Assembly: GCA_973895155.1 (NCBI GenBank)
Contig: OZ316898.1
Coordinates: 1 to 64,000, forward strand
Length of the DNA: 64,000 bases
Reading direction: 5' to 3'
From: Marsupella aquatica
Taxonomy: Eukaryota > Plantae > Marchantiophyta
Part shown: positions 1 through 12,819 of the stretch, in pieces
Layout: every line of letters starts with the position of its first letter
Numbering within the stretch: the stretch's first letter is position 1
Program-made: the position numbers and the translations under genes
Notes under the pieces: generated by a model
What the model was told of the DNA's origin: nothing
The model's database searches: none
Seen by the model: only the letters and a program-made list of their open reading frames with translations

Positions 1-489
1 CAGAGCACACATGGAATCTGATGTCAGTAAGGCCCTTTTCTATTATAACTAACCTACCGCTAATTGGTCAAGTCTAAATTGTGCTAGAATGGAAGAAGAC
101 TGATCATAACGCTTGTGCTTTTCAGTGAGTATCGACCCAATTAAACAAGCATCTTTCAAGGAATGAACGAAATCTCTCAAATGAATCAGAGCAATGAGTG
201 AGTTGCTGCGATTCTTCTTCCTTCAAAGTCCCTACATATTGCTTTTTGATGTGAAGCTACCACTACCCGACATATGGACAGGGGCCCTAAGGCACTTTCT
301 GTCGGCCTCGTTTCCACCAGGCTGCTCCTACTTGGATGTCAATGTCTACCAAGGTGATTGCAGTGGTGATGCCATAGACCCTAATCTGTCACTCCGAATA
401 ATGTTGGACCCAGCAAAGCTGAGCTTAGAATAAACAATTGGGCAGCAACAGGCGTTTGATACCCAACGACGATTGGAATGGATTGAATG

Positions 490-531
490 CCTCTCTCCTC
501 TCCTCTCCTCTCCTCTCCTCTCCTCTCCTTG
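490..531. repeat. (CTCTC)n microsatellite
   Basis: cctctctcctctcctctcctctcctctcctctcctctcctt is visible directly. It explains the spurious GEERR repeats in overlapping ORFs. Confidence 0.9.
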
Positions 532-575
532 TCTCTGCTGCTGCCTTTTGAGCTGCAATCGGAAGCGCTTCATCT

Positions 576-750
576 TTCTTCGAGAACTCTGGCGATAGTT
601 CACATTTTGACCCGAAGCTGCCCTGACGAGATGTCAAGATCTCTCTGGTTTGAGAGTCGAATGACGGATTGTGAATGAGTGAGTTGACAAAGATCCACAA
701 ATGATTTTTGACCTGAAACGACTTCACCATCATGTGAGCCTTCCGAATCA
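576..750 (-). pseudogene. TOP2: Isolated fragment of DNA topoisomerase II (ATPase transducer region)
   Basis: Translation VKNHLWIFVNSLIHNPSFDSQTREILTSRQGSFGSKCELSPEFSKK matches the conserved eukaryotic TOP2 segment (NHLWVFVNxLIxNPxFDSQTKExLTxxxxxFGSKCEL). No flanking TOP2 sequence is seen. Confidence 0.8.
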
Positions 751-926
751 TAATGAAGTCCTTCCAAAACATCAAACACATTAGTCTTCAGGATGTCAAA
801 GTGTTCCCTGAAGAGCTTCTCGGTTTCCTCTTCAAATTTAGTTGCTGCAAACTTCCGAGCAAGTTTGAGCATCTGCCGTACATTATCTACTCCTAATCGT
901 TGGCAAAGCTCAGCCTCGCAAAACTC
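751..926 (-). pseudogene. Fragment resembling the C-terminal BTB/POZ-BACK helices
   Basis: EFCEAELCQRLGVDNVRQMLKLARKFAATKFEEETEKLFREHFDIL resembles the CExxLxxxLxVDNVxxxLxLA pattern of BTB-BACK proteins. It abuts the TOP2 fragment in another frame. Confidence 0.45.
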
Positions 927-2463
927 AGCGTCGATGATTAATTAGCATCTAGAACAAATTGGAAGGGATATCTAGTGAAGGCCGATCGCGATGTAGCAGT
1001 GATGACAAAACAACGTTGTAGGTCCTGTTTGGAGGCCAATTCAACGACAGTGGTTTGTATCAGCCCATCAAAAGCGGAATAATGATCAGCGGAGGTTAAC
1101 TATTTTTGTAAATTTGTAGCAGGTCCTAGTACAGAACCATAGTGCTGAAAGTTGCCCTTTCTTTCCCGGGGGGACATTTATGACAGGACGTGATTGTTTC
1201 TCTCACCTAGAGATAGCCGATGGCATCACAATCGCTCTGGTGCTCCAGCCAAGCACAGCTCCTTGTTCCCAGAGCTACTGTCCAGAGTGCAAACTTACGT
1301 CGTGGCAGTCCTAGTGTGAACCAACCTTGATCAGGCCCCAAGAAAGCTGACAGAGCGGCTACATACTGAGGCTTGATTCCAAGCTATGCAAATCTTGCAC
1401 TTATGTGAGCATGCTTTGTCCCAGATGGGAACTCTGCCCTCTGGGTCCGGCCCCGTAGCACCTGCTTGTCCCAGCTGTTTATCGAACTGTCCCCATTGCC
1501 CATTTGATCCGGCACTGTACAGCTGTAGCCCCTTTTCCTCCTTGCCCCCGCACTTTCAAATTGCAGCTCGAATGAATGTGCACCGACTGAGCAGCCAGGT
1601 GGATCAAATCAGCTTTAGTATTATGTCAGTCTTTGCCTGCTGTTGCTCCCTTTGGCTCAGCATCCAAAGCTGCTGACTACCTCGGGCTTGTTTGATAGTA
1701 GGTAGGCATGGGGTCACTGCGAGTTGTTGTACTGTCCTGTATACTTTAGTGGCGCACCTCCTACCGAAGTATCATGTCTTTCCCCTGCTCAAATCGGCTA
1801 AGGTTCTGTACCATAGCATCCGTCTATCATCGGTATCAAGTTCTAATCACATTGGCTTGCTACAACATTACTCCGACAAGTCTCAGTGACCCAACAGCAT
1901 CGCGATCCCTAACTACTCCGCCAAATTTTCCAAAGCTCAGCACAATATTGACTTTACACGTGACCTCTTAAGCAAACCATTCATTCCTGTAGACTCAAGC
2001 AACCGATGCTCAGAGTCTCATCGCCTTCGCAGATCATTGGGGGGCAACAAACCACCGGCAGCACTTGAGAGATAGAAGGGATGCATGCCGACGCGGGAGC
2101 TCAATCACCACTGAACAGCCCCGCCTGGCATCACCATTCTCTGGCTCGTGGGGTCCCGCCTTCATTTCTTCATCGTTTTGCTTCTCGTTGGACTATCGCA
2201 GCTTGAGTTTTTCAATTGGGCTTGTTACCAGTCTTGTCGTCTTGAGCTTCATCGAGGAGTCTCTAACATGTGTACTTGTCGCTCGTCTGGTTAGATCGAC
2301 TTTGTATCGACTGCTGCTGCCAACAGATCCTTGTGGTGAGTTCTCCCTTCTCTAGTTCGAATGTAATATCTTCCCTCCATTCTGTTGTGCCTCCCCCTAG
2401 AGTCCTGTGGGCAGGATAGAGATGGATCCTCCGAGCTTGTATAGGAGGAGAGATTGATGGACA

Positions 2464-2724
2464 ATGGTTCAATTAGCAAAGAGGCGATTTGATCGCATGC
2501 GTAAGTATGCAGAGAATGATGTCATTGTCCCGGCGAAGTTAAAAGAGTTTCTGAACGCAGAGCAAGGTGAAACCGAGGTTACATTGGGTGATGCCGAGAA
2601 GATCATCAATGAGCAGATGGCTCACGAGAATACGATATTGATGAAAGCGAAGCACTCCTTCACATTGGATGCATTCCTCCGGTACCTTCTCGACCCGGTT
2701 GTCAACATTGCTTACTTAAACAAG
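2464..2724 (+). pseudogene. Orphan exon of phosphoinositide-specific phospholipase C (N-terminal EF-hand-like domain)
   Basis: KYAENDVI...LKEFLNAEQGETEVTLGDAEKII...FTLDAFLRYLLDPVVN is typical of plant PI-PLC N-termini. It ends at donor AAG|gtgaga (2724/2725). I did not find the following X-domain exon (HDMxxPLSHY) in the window. Confidence 0.7.
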
Positions 2725-3730
2725 GTGAGACGAAACTAGACGCGTCAATTTTTCCGTTTCTCATGTCTCGAGTAAGGCACGAATTAGAGTGGAGCCAATC
2801 CAGTACTTCACGGTGAATTCTAGCACACTATTGTGGCTGCGGTAGTAGGCAGATCGGTGCAGATTGACTTGTGTGTTCCGACAATGAGTGATTCTATAAA
2901 GCTGTGAAGAGGGTCTATATATGGCGGATCTTTATAGGTACGGATGGCTCATAGGCAGTTTTGTTGACTTTCGTGGTCGGAAGCTGCCTTCAATCTGTCC
3001 CGAGATAAGGCTGAGAAATGCTTGCCATATTCAGGGGAAACTAGGTTCTCATTGTGTGTAAATTAAGGCTTCAAGAAAAAATGACTAGTCTTGAGGGCTA
3101 TAGTTCAATTTTTATTGATCATTGATCTGAGGTTTTGTCCTTCTTCTACATTGCAGGATGTTGTGCATCTATAGTGAGAAATAATTATATCTCGTCATTG
3201 AGTTTGATGACCTGGACTTCAAGAGGCATGGACTTCTCCCCACATTTTGAAATTACATTCTGGTGGGTGCAATAGGTCCAATTTATATGTGTGGTGCAAC
3301 GTTACATTGAAAAACCTCAATTGGTGCTTCTACTAGAGCAAGGTTGAGGTGAGCCGGGGAGTTGGAGTTTCTATCTAATCTTTGCAATTCATATTTCAAT
3401 GAGATCTGTGCAGACACATTGACCGTGTATTTTTCTACAAGTTTTATTCTTCAAAAATCCAAAAAATGACATTTCCACAACCCACTCAAGTAAGTAACAT
3501 AATATCTATTTTTTTCAATCATTTTTAAAAAAATTATTAATATAATAGACATTATGGATTTAAGTAACTAAAAAATATTATATTATTACAAGTTTATATT
3601 AATTTTTTAATCAAAATTCTGATTGGTAATAAATATTTACTATATTTAATAGTGTAACAGTTTTATTTAAAAAGTTTGGAAAACAATTTGATTAGTACTG
3701 ACACAAAAATGCAATTTGACAATTTTGCAG

Positions 3731-5107
3731 ATGCTCCATAAACGAAGGGAGAGGAGAAAAAATGAAAATAAATTTCATGAATATGGCGCCGAATTTTCTA
3801 TCATAACATTTTGTTCAATATGGGATTATCTAAGCAAATTATGTGAATCTAAACAACAATTTATTTTATATTGGATTTTAAAAAATGAAAATATTTTTGT
3901 ATATTTTGTTACACACATTTTACAAATAAATGTGTCCAATTTTTCAAGAGCTAAATTTTTGAATGGGTATAACAACTGCAGAAGTGCAATTTCACCAATT
4001 CTCCCTCTTCAAACACTTCAACAAACCGAGAAAATCTTTCATCATCATCAACAGAGACAAAAATTGCCTCCACTATTGAAAAAATTCATGGGAAAATTTC
4101 ACATCCTTAACCTATCCCAACTCCGTACCTTACAAGTAGAGAGGGTAGCTTCTTGTAAAGTTGACAATACATTCTCTTCAACACAAGTAGAAGTGCAACA
4201 AATATCAAAATCACAACTGAAAAAATTGACTGGAGTGATAATGGGAAATTGGAATGAAGACATGACTAAAACCAATCATAGTAATCTTACATTCACATTT
4301 GAGCGTTATCCATCAAATTTTCTAGTGATAGAGAAATCTGAAAATATTGTTTACTTTTACGACAAGTCAGGGAAAAAGCCTTGGCTTGTAGCAATGCTTA
4401 TGCACCAACAAATATTGGGAGTGACAACATTACAATTCATTCGAAAACTTTTGAGTGCATTGTTTGTTGCTCATTCTCCATTTCAAAGAGGCGAGGGGAA
4501 AAAAGCTTTTGACAGCTTCATGACAGGATATGGTCCTTGGAATAGCAGTTACATGGGTGGCCGTTTGACTTATTACACACACCAGAAGAAGATGAATACC
4601 ATTTTCGATGATTGCCTTGATGTCAAAGATTTTGAGAAGTGGATCGATAAATATTCACATATTGAACTTATGGATATTATATTGGGGCTTTATATGTGGT
4701 GGTGCCCAGAGATGATAGAGTGCTTTTTGGAATACTCTCATCCGTACTTACTATCATCTGATGGTGACAAATATCATGGAAGTGAAGAGCAGATAGGGGA
4801 GAATGTTAGACCTAGTACTTACCAATTATATATAAGTGAGGATTATTGTGTGCAAACACATGCTGATGATGATGCAACTGACTTCACCTTAGCGTATGCT
4901 AGTCATCCTGACCATTTCCTTTCAGCAATCGATTTTGTAATTCCAGAGTATGGAATTCGATTGCCAATTAGAGATGGAAATCTATTTGCATTTCGGAGCG
5001 ATGTTGTTCATGGTACAGGCTTTAGAATGAAAACATCGAATCCTGCATATGTTGGAGCTATTACCGTGAATAAAAACCTCAGCAGACTGATGCAAAAATT
5101 ACATTAA
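3731..5107 (+). CDS. TET/JBP-like Fe(II)-dependent dioxygenase (copy 1)
   Basis: Uninterrupted ORF (track 3716..5107). The ATG at 3731 follows acceptor ttttgcag|. Motifs: MTGYG, then YISEDYCVQTHADDD (HxD at about 4859), DFVIPEYGIRLPIRDGNLFAF and VVHGT (distal His at about 5009), i.e. the HxD...H triad in a TET/JBP-type DSBH context. Homologous over its full length to 16076..17518. Confidence 0.8.
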   Translation: MLHKRRERRKNENKFHEYGAEFSIITFCSIWDYLSKLCESKQQFILYWILKNENIFVYFVTHILQINVSNFSRAKFLNGYNNCRSAISPILPLQTLQQTEKIFHHHQQRQKLPPLLKKFMGKFHILNLSQLRTLQVERVASCKVDNTFSSTQVEVQQISKSQLKKLTGVIMGNWNEDMTKTNHSNLTFTFERYPSNFLVIEKSENIVYFYDKSGKKPWLVAMLMHQQILGVTTLQFIRKLLSALFVAHSPFQRGEGKKAFDSFMTGYGPWNSSYMGGRLTYYTHQKKMNTIFDDCLDVKDFEKWIDKYSHIELMDIILGLYMWWCPEMIECFLEYSHPYLLSSDGDKYHGSEEQIGENVRPSTYQLYISEDYCVQTHADDDATDFTLAYASHPDHFLSAIDFVIPEYGIRLPIRDGNLFAFRSDVVHGTGFRMKTSNPAYVGAITVNKNLSRLMQKLH

Positions 5108-5989
5108 AATTATTGTGTAGATGTGCTCTCCCGGGGCAAGCTGAGAGCGCTTGGAGGGGCTACTCAAAGTGGTGAGTGCTCGTAGGGTGGAGATGACACC
5201 ATGGTCATTTTGGATTTAGCCTGGTCATCATTATATTTGGTATTGAAATTCAGATTCTGACGTCATTTTAGCGATTCTTTCAAGAAGAGTAAGGGTTTGG
5301 CATAATCTCGTTGAAAAATGGAATGTTGTCATCATGACTTTGCAATATTGGGCATGTTGAGGTGTGAAAGGTAAGGCATGTTACTTGTTATGGGGGTGAT
5401 ATATTGAAATGGGGAGGTTTTGCAAGATAGAAGAACTCAAATAAATCAACTCAAAGGTGGAATTGACATGATCAGCACACGTACCCTTGAGAGTAACAAA
5501 CACTTTGATGATGAGGCACCAACCACAAGTTGCAAACCCCAAAGGACAAGGGTGGGTGTGGATGTCCGGAAAATGGTCTTATTCTTGTGGGGTTAGTGGT
5601 ATGCATTCATTGTATGACTTTGTAGAAGAAACATACAGGCAACTTCACCTTGTTTAGTAAATCACCCTTATTGGGCTTGTTACTTGCTTCCCATGGGCTG
5701 AAGATACAACTGTAGAGATTCTATATAGGTGGGCATCCAAACTCATCAAGGGCATAGTTACACTTGATTTGCGTGAACACCTCCAGTCATCAAATTATTG
5801 AATGTTGTCCAAACTAATCTTCTAAGCCATTTTGGTTTGCCATGACACAACCCATGCAGACCATTGAAATAAGCACATGTGAAACTGATTTTTTTGAATA
5901 CCCTGTCTGATTCTTGTAGGCCCGCTTGTAGGTCCATTACAAGGAGAGTGAATTGCAGAATTGGCCATTGTTTCTAACGGGTCTGGAAG

Positions 5990-6665
5990 GCTTGACAAGG
6001 TTAGTACATCTTAACACTTGCATTTTATGATTGACATGAGGGCATTCCAGCACTCATGTTGCAAGGCAGGGGGCTGTTTCACCTGGATTCAATTATGATA
6101 AGAATTACATATAAAAGTAGTTCTAAAGGAAGAATTAAATTCACATCCTTTATTGCCTCCTATTATTTTCACCTTCCCATGTACTTGTTTCGTCTTAGGG
6201 TATCACAATATTTCTGGGGGCGGTGGTGGTTGGAAAAGGTTGGCACATTTTGACACTTGCATTTAACAATTGAGATAAGGGCATTCCGGCACTCATGTTG
6301 CAAGGCAGGGGGCTGTTTGACCCGGAGTCAATCATACAAAAATTATATATAAAAGTAGAAAGAAAAAAAACCAAATTCACATCCTACATTTCCTCCTACT
6401 GTTTTCCCTCTCCTGCTTGTTTCTATTATGGTATCATATTATTTCTAAAGAAGGAGGGGGGCAGCTCAAAAAAGTTAATATATCTTGACACTTACATTTT
6501 AATGATTGAGATGAGGGCATTCCGGCACTCATGTTGCAAGGCAGGGGGCTGTTTGACCCGGACTCAATCATACAAGAATTACATATAAAAGTAGAAAAGA
6601 AAAACCAAATTCACATTCTACATTTCCTCCTACTATTTTCACTTTCTTACTTGTTTCTATTATAG
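5990..6665. repeat. Tandem repeat, about 238-bp unit, about 3 copies
   Basis: ggcattccrgcactcatgttgcaaggcagggggctgttt recurs at about 6040, 6279 and 6515. Confidence 0.85.
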
Positions 6666-9296
6666 TTGTAGTTTGCCAGAGAGAACCAAAAGCACACTTT
6701 TATGTCTCTAAACTTTTATGAACCCTAAAGTTCCACTGACCATTTGTCTTATGAATCTATACAACACAGCGGTGTTATATGAATTCACATGGTCCGAGAA
6801 TTCCCAAGATTACAGGGATTTATGAAAATATACATTTTGACTAGGATGACAAAGATTTAGAGTAAAGAATTCTTTATTTTCACACAAAGTGCATTTTGGA
6901 ATGACATGGGAGTTTAAAAGTTTACATGGATATCCTCTACGAATGCATGATTCTTTCAACATCCCATCCGAGCTTATGACTCTTTTTGGTCTTTCGCCGT
7001 GGTTTAAAAAGCAAAAGCCAACGCCCGCTGAATGACTCCCTTTTTGCTAAAAGACGTTAAAACAAAAGCTCAATTTAGTCAATTGACACATTAGCTGTCC
7101 GCTATAAAGTTGGATTGCACGACATCACGAGTGACGTGTTTACCATGTTTTGGGAGCTATTCCTTCACAGTAGCTGTAACCTTCTCCCAAGCCTGGTGGG
7201 TTGTGTTGTTGAGAGATCGCTACTACTACAGTACTCGTTCTGTTGACGGACGATCAGCTGGGCAGGAAAGCAAGGAGCGATACAAATCAGACTTTGAGAT
7301 TTGTAACTCGATTCTGACCTCTGTGTCAATTAGTAACATTTGGCAGTACTATCTGCGGGTTTCCTTCTCAAGCTATCACCAATGGAGAAATCGAGTCGTT
7401 GGTCAGTCTGTTTTACTGGACCATTGCACCTTCATTCGCCGGTGCCCCATGATCAGAAACCAGCGTCAATTGTATCAGAATTTGTGAAATCAAGATCTAA
7501 AGTGCCTTGGTCCTCTTAAAGCGACAGGTTGCCAACCAGCTTTCATAGCAGATCGGAAGGAAAAATTGAACTAAGTCTGCCTCACTGAAGGTGCATGTTT
7601 ACGGATTTTACACGTCTTGCCTCTACCACTTCTGTTGACATTTTGTCCTAGCTCAGTGACTGAGGTAGACTTGTGATGATATCCGAAACTCTATGTTAAG
7701 TGTATGCGGAAAAGAGATAGTCCTATGAATATCTTAAGAACGTCCTTGAACTAAAGGACATGAGGGGCATTTTGACTAAAGCTTTGTACAGATCATTTAG
7801 AGTAGGTCCATATCAATAGACATAAGTTTACGGCTGGAGTTAGTAGCCATTCGGATTAATACAACACGGCACCTTAGGCATACTCCAAATCCCACCTTGT
7901 AATTTTACTGGAGACCCCAGTTTTGATCAGGTTGATGGCACTTTGTCTAGCTACTCAATTGATTCAGAGCCCTACACCAGCTTGCCAATTTGTGATGGCA
8001 TAAATGAAGGAATTTTGCGTCCTCATCGGCCGCTGCAGTCTAGCTCGTCTACCAGCAAGACAAGCGCGAACCATACTTACACCAATAGGTTCAGATCCAT
8101 GATTTAGGAAAATAACCTTTTTTGGGAAGCGTTCGCGGCACCAGATGGGACCCGGCCCCATGCCTATCGATCTCATGAGTGCCTCTGTAATTATTTGCCT
8201 TGTTTTGAGCTGTCACTTACATAATCGTACTGTCTGGAGTCTCCAGACAAGAAGTTTTGTTTGATTTGCCTTGTTTTGAGCTGAGGCAAGAATCGTACCC
8301 ACATCTTAATTTCAATGAAGAGCAGATTGAGACTCTGCAATAATACTGCAAGAAGTCGCCCACGTACGAAAGGTTGTTCTGAAATTGGCTAGTGACCGAG
8401 TTCCAGTAATAATGATTCAACTTAGATTACAAACGTTATAGACGAGGAGAGAAGTAGTTTTCACCGCATTCTGCAGACCACGACCGACCTAATCTGAAAC
8501 GTCGAGGCTCTTATTCACAATGAGGAGTAATCCCCAAAATCAGGCAGCTTGAAATCTGAAACCTTGGATAATAAGTGGGCTGCTATGGCAGTATAGTGTT
8601 GACAACACCTCAGAAACACAGACCTCTAAATCTTGTGGAGATGAAAGCACCGACTGATTTCTCACATGGTAAGGGACTCCATTAATCTTAATAAACGATC
8701 ATGATATGGCCAGGAACTAAACTGTAGCAGAAGATAGTTTATTGCGTTGATCTTTATGCACCACCAAGCCAGTAGCATCTTCTAAACCAAGTCAACTGGA
8801 TAGAAAGTCGGAATTAGGTCCAGAACATTATTTTGTAGCTAAACAAAAACAATTACGACACAGGAGCACATATCCACCATCATTTCTTATGTTTTCCTAA
8901 ATTGCCATCTACAGAAAATATCGTAGATGTCCCTAGCCCTCATATGCAGAAGGCATTCACGAAATCACATTCCATTTCCAATGACAAGAGCATAGCTTAT
9001 AGGGAAGAGTACAACTGCAGCAGCTCGAAACAACCTAGACAGACATTGAAGGAGAAGTATTTCGCCCCGTACAGAGTGCGCATTTACACATTGGAGATTC
9101 GAGAAGAATTTTGATCTCGAAATACTTCACACTATTGTGTCATGTTGGTCATGCCAATTTGCACCTTGCTGCAAATGCATGGCTGGCTGCTGGCGCGGCC
9201 AAATAGAAAGGGGGAGTGTTGGGTAGACATTAGTCGTATGCGGGTGCTCATCTTGCTCTAAGATAGAGGCGATGGGGCAAGGGTAGGCGCTGAGGT

Positions 9297-9939
9297 ATGA
9301 TTAACAAAATATCGAAGCGCCTGCCGATTTGCAACAAAGGGAGTAATGGGCCGAATGACCCCAATGAACCAGGATCTGTAGGCGCCTCAACAACTGGAGG
9401 GGTTGGACCTGCAGCTCTGGCCCCAGCCCCGGCTGCTGCATATTTAGTTAATCTGCTGCGGGAGCTAGGGCTGCTGTAGGCCCCAGTAGCAGGAATAACG
9501 CTTTGATCAACGGCATCGGTACCCCAAGATTTGGACCAGGAAAGGAGAAGTTGTTACCAAACTTGACTCACAATGGTTGAGGTCCCTTTTTCTATCCTCT
9601 GCCTGCTTTCAAAGACCTTCCAAATTCTGACAGGCAGAACTTGTTCATTAACAGCTCCATCTTTGCTGTTACACTTTTGACTTCACTGACCCGACAAAGA
9701 ATGTCAATGACAAAGAGATTAAGAAGCAAACCTTAGTGGAGCTGATGGAAGATGCGACATCGGGAACAGGGAAGTTCACGGAGGCTGTGTTCGAAGATAT
9801 CACCAAAATGCATGTAACAAGCCTGTTTCGTACGCTACCCCCCTCCTCTCATGAAAATACCGGAGTTGATAACTTTGATCCCAAAGAGGAGGATCCAACC
9901 TTAGAACCGGCATGGCCCCATCTTCAAATACTGTACGAG
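9297..9939 (+). pseudogene. 5' fragment of a PP2A regulatory subunit B' (B56) gene, disrupted
   Basis: PAFKDLPNSDRQNLF, CCYTFDFTDPTKNVNDKEIKKQTLVEL and LFRTLPP...FDPKEEDPTLEPAWPHLQILYE are B56 hallmarks. It has stops and frameshifts upstream and ends after ILYE (gag|gtacgt). Confidence 0.85.
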
Positions 9940-12227
9940 GTACGTATTTGAAGTCAATTTACAGGATATCAATGAAGTCAAAAGCGGGCACTTCGGGTTT
10001 CAGCCCGGATCGCTCAGCTTGAGCATAGAATGCACTCAGTTACAGCAGTCAAATCTCTGTGGCTAGACGTACTACGAGTGCTGAATCTGCACTTCAATGT
10101 AGCCGCTTCGGTGAGCGTCCGAGGTCCACACTTTGAAGCATTCAGCTCCACTGGCGCACAATAAGAGGCACGACAAATCTAATTACTTTTGAACAATCTA
10201 ACTCTCTCAAAAGCGGGACTTCTAGGCAATGGATCATCAAGGTTTAATTCACTCTCCACAAGGTGCATGATCTTGCAACTTGGTCAGCACACTCTTCGGT
10301 TCAATCCCCCCAAGACTTTGGGTCTGCTTAGCTTGGTCGGGATGCCCGATCCTACATCCTATTGTTATATGTTGTTTCTTTGGCGTCTAGGTACCGTGGT
10401 TTCCCCATATGGATTGATCTGGGCCTTTCTCCCCTGACTCTCGGCCTTTGGCACTGAAGCAAAAGTTTTGGCCTTTTCTTGCCTCCTCAGCTCAACCTCC
10501 CCCTCTCACCCACCCCTTCCTGAAAGGAAAAAAAATTCACACATCAGGAGAGTCCGTAAAGCAGGTCAGTTGTAAGAAAGAGAAAAAGCTTAGCAAAAGT
10601 TTTGGCCTTTGATTGCCTCTCAACCTCCCCCTGCCACCCACCCTTCCCGAACGAAAGAAAAATTCACACATCAGGAGAGTCCGTAAAGCAGGTCAGCTTG
10701 TCAGCTGTAAGAGAGAGAAATATTGTTAGTATATAGGATTTATGTTGGCCCTATGAAGGTGGGTCAAAGGTGTGCATTGCGCCTAGCTAGGGTGCCTGTA
10801 AGACGCATGTGTAATGGTGGAATGCAATTCTATACATATTATTTTTGAGGCTAAGGGGGTGGGACAAGGTGGCTGCACAGAGCCTGTCATTATGTTATCA
10901 GTATGCTCATCATCTTTCCTCTCCAGCCTTCTGCTGCTATGCTTGGGAAGCCTGGGATTCCCTTTCGGGTTGTTATGTTGTTTTGGACTAAGATAATCCA
11001 ATGAAGGTAAACGACAGAACAAGAAGATGATATTTCTAGGAGAAGCTCCGTGCATGCACAATGGGTTAAAGAGTGGAGATTCGGACACAGGAGGCCGGGG
11101 AGAAGGACCCTGAAAATCGGGAATCGGCAAAGGAAATGTAAACACAAGCAGCGTTGTGCTAGAGCAGCGGCCAGATTTGCTTCTTTAAATAGAAGGCAGT
11201 AGAAAGGGAAGGGGGGGATGTAATCAAATTCGCGGCAGCTTCATTCGGTGGGCCACATTGGCTGACAATTGTTTTTTGAAACCGCGGACTTGAGATTTAG
11301 TTGGCTTCAATGTGCTGGGCACTTAAGATCGACCTTGGAGCTTCAAAAGTAGAAATTGGGATGTATGAGCTGCAATTGCCAAAATGCGTATGAGCTGCAA
11401 TTGCTAAACTGCGTCTTGTTGATTGATCACTCTACTATAGAGGCCGCCTTCAGTATATTGACCCCACGTCAGTACAGTGCTCGCTAAAATGATTAGAGAC
11501 TACAAACATATAAAGACAAATAATGCCACTCAATTGACGACAATCTTTATTTTTGGTTCTTTTGTTTGTACACCAACAACTGATTCATAGATCCACAATT
11601 TCATCATTATTGTAATGCAAGGTACACGGGCCGTACCAATCCGGCAGAAGTACATCTTGGTTCGTCTAAGCAACTATCCTTTCGTTCTCGGTTGACTAAC
11701 CCCTATCTGCATTTCAGCGCACTGAGACCATTCTTGGTCCGTCTAAGGAACTATCTTCTTGCTCTCGCTTGACTAGTCCTTATCAGTATGTGCATCCACT
11801 GAGACATTGCTTGTGGAGAGAGCATTTGCTTTGAACTAGATCAAACAGAGTACTAAAGCTCTATTATTGAACTTCAAGGAATTCTCGTGGTTCAAGCATC
11901 GTCAGAATGAGCTGAAAATTCAAATACAGCTCTGGAAATAAATGAGTAACAACATCAATTGACACAGCTGTGCATGTAACTCGGGCAACTGCAATGAACA
12001 TTACTGAGAGCTAATAAGTCTTCTGAAGGACTAGATTTCACTTTTGTCAGCTGCGGCTAGGATGTTGTACTTCTCCGCCCGGACCGCCCGGGTCTCCGCC
12101 TCTCTTGGGTGTGTTAGATATTTCTCTTCTTGTCGGTACTTGAGTCATTTGACCACCGGCATCAATGAAGGCAGCAACTGCAGCCATCGCTGCTCCGGCT
12201 CCCAGTCCCACAGGTATTCTGCCAGCT

Positions 12228-12485
12228 CTCAAGGCCTAGAATAGAACCAGCCAAAACAAACTTGAGAGGGGACAAAAACAGCAACCCTTAATCAGCGCTA
12301 ACCTCTGTTAGGGTATATGCTCAAGCCTAGAATAGAACCAGCCAAAACAAACTTGAGAGAGACAAAAACAGCAACCTCTGTTACGTATATGCTCAAGCCT
12401 AGAATAGAACCAGCCAAAACAAACTTGAGAGGGGACAAAAACAGCAACCCTTAATCAGCGCTAGCCTTTGTTAGGTATATGCTCC
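12228..12485. repeat. Three tandem copies of a 70-95-bp unit
   Basis: cctagaatagaaccagccaaaacaaacttgaga recurs three times. Confidence 0.8.
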
Positions 12486-12819
12486 CAGCAGGGACATTAC
12501 CTTGTTATTTTGGGGGGCGGTTTGTCTTTCTGGCTACTTTAATTAGCGGTGTTGTGCTGGGGATAACCGGGGACATAGATTGGTTAGGACAAGGCACTTG
12601 ATACTCACTAGCATAATCTTAATTAAACTAACAAAACTCCACGAGGCAAGCATGACCTTCTTTCTCAGATCAGGTTTAGGTAGCACGAAGTCACTACAAT
12701 TTCTGCATGTGTAGCACAAGATTAATCATATATATACTACTAGTTAGCGGGGATCAATTGTACAGGCTTCATTAGTATCTCACTTGGAATCAGACTTGGG
12801 TGGCATAATAGCGGTACAA

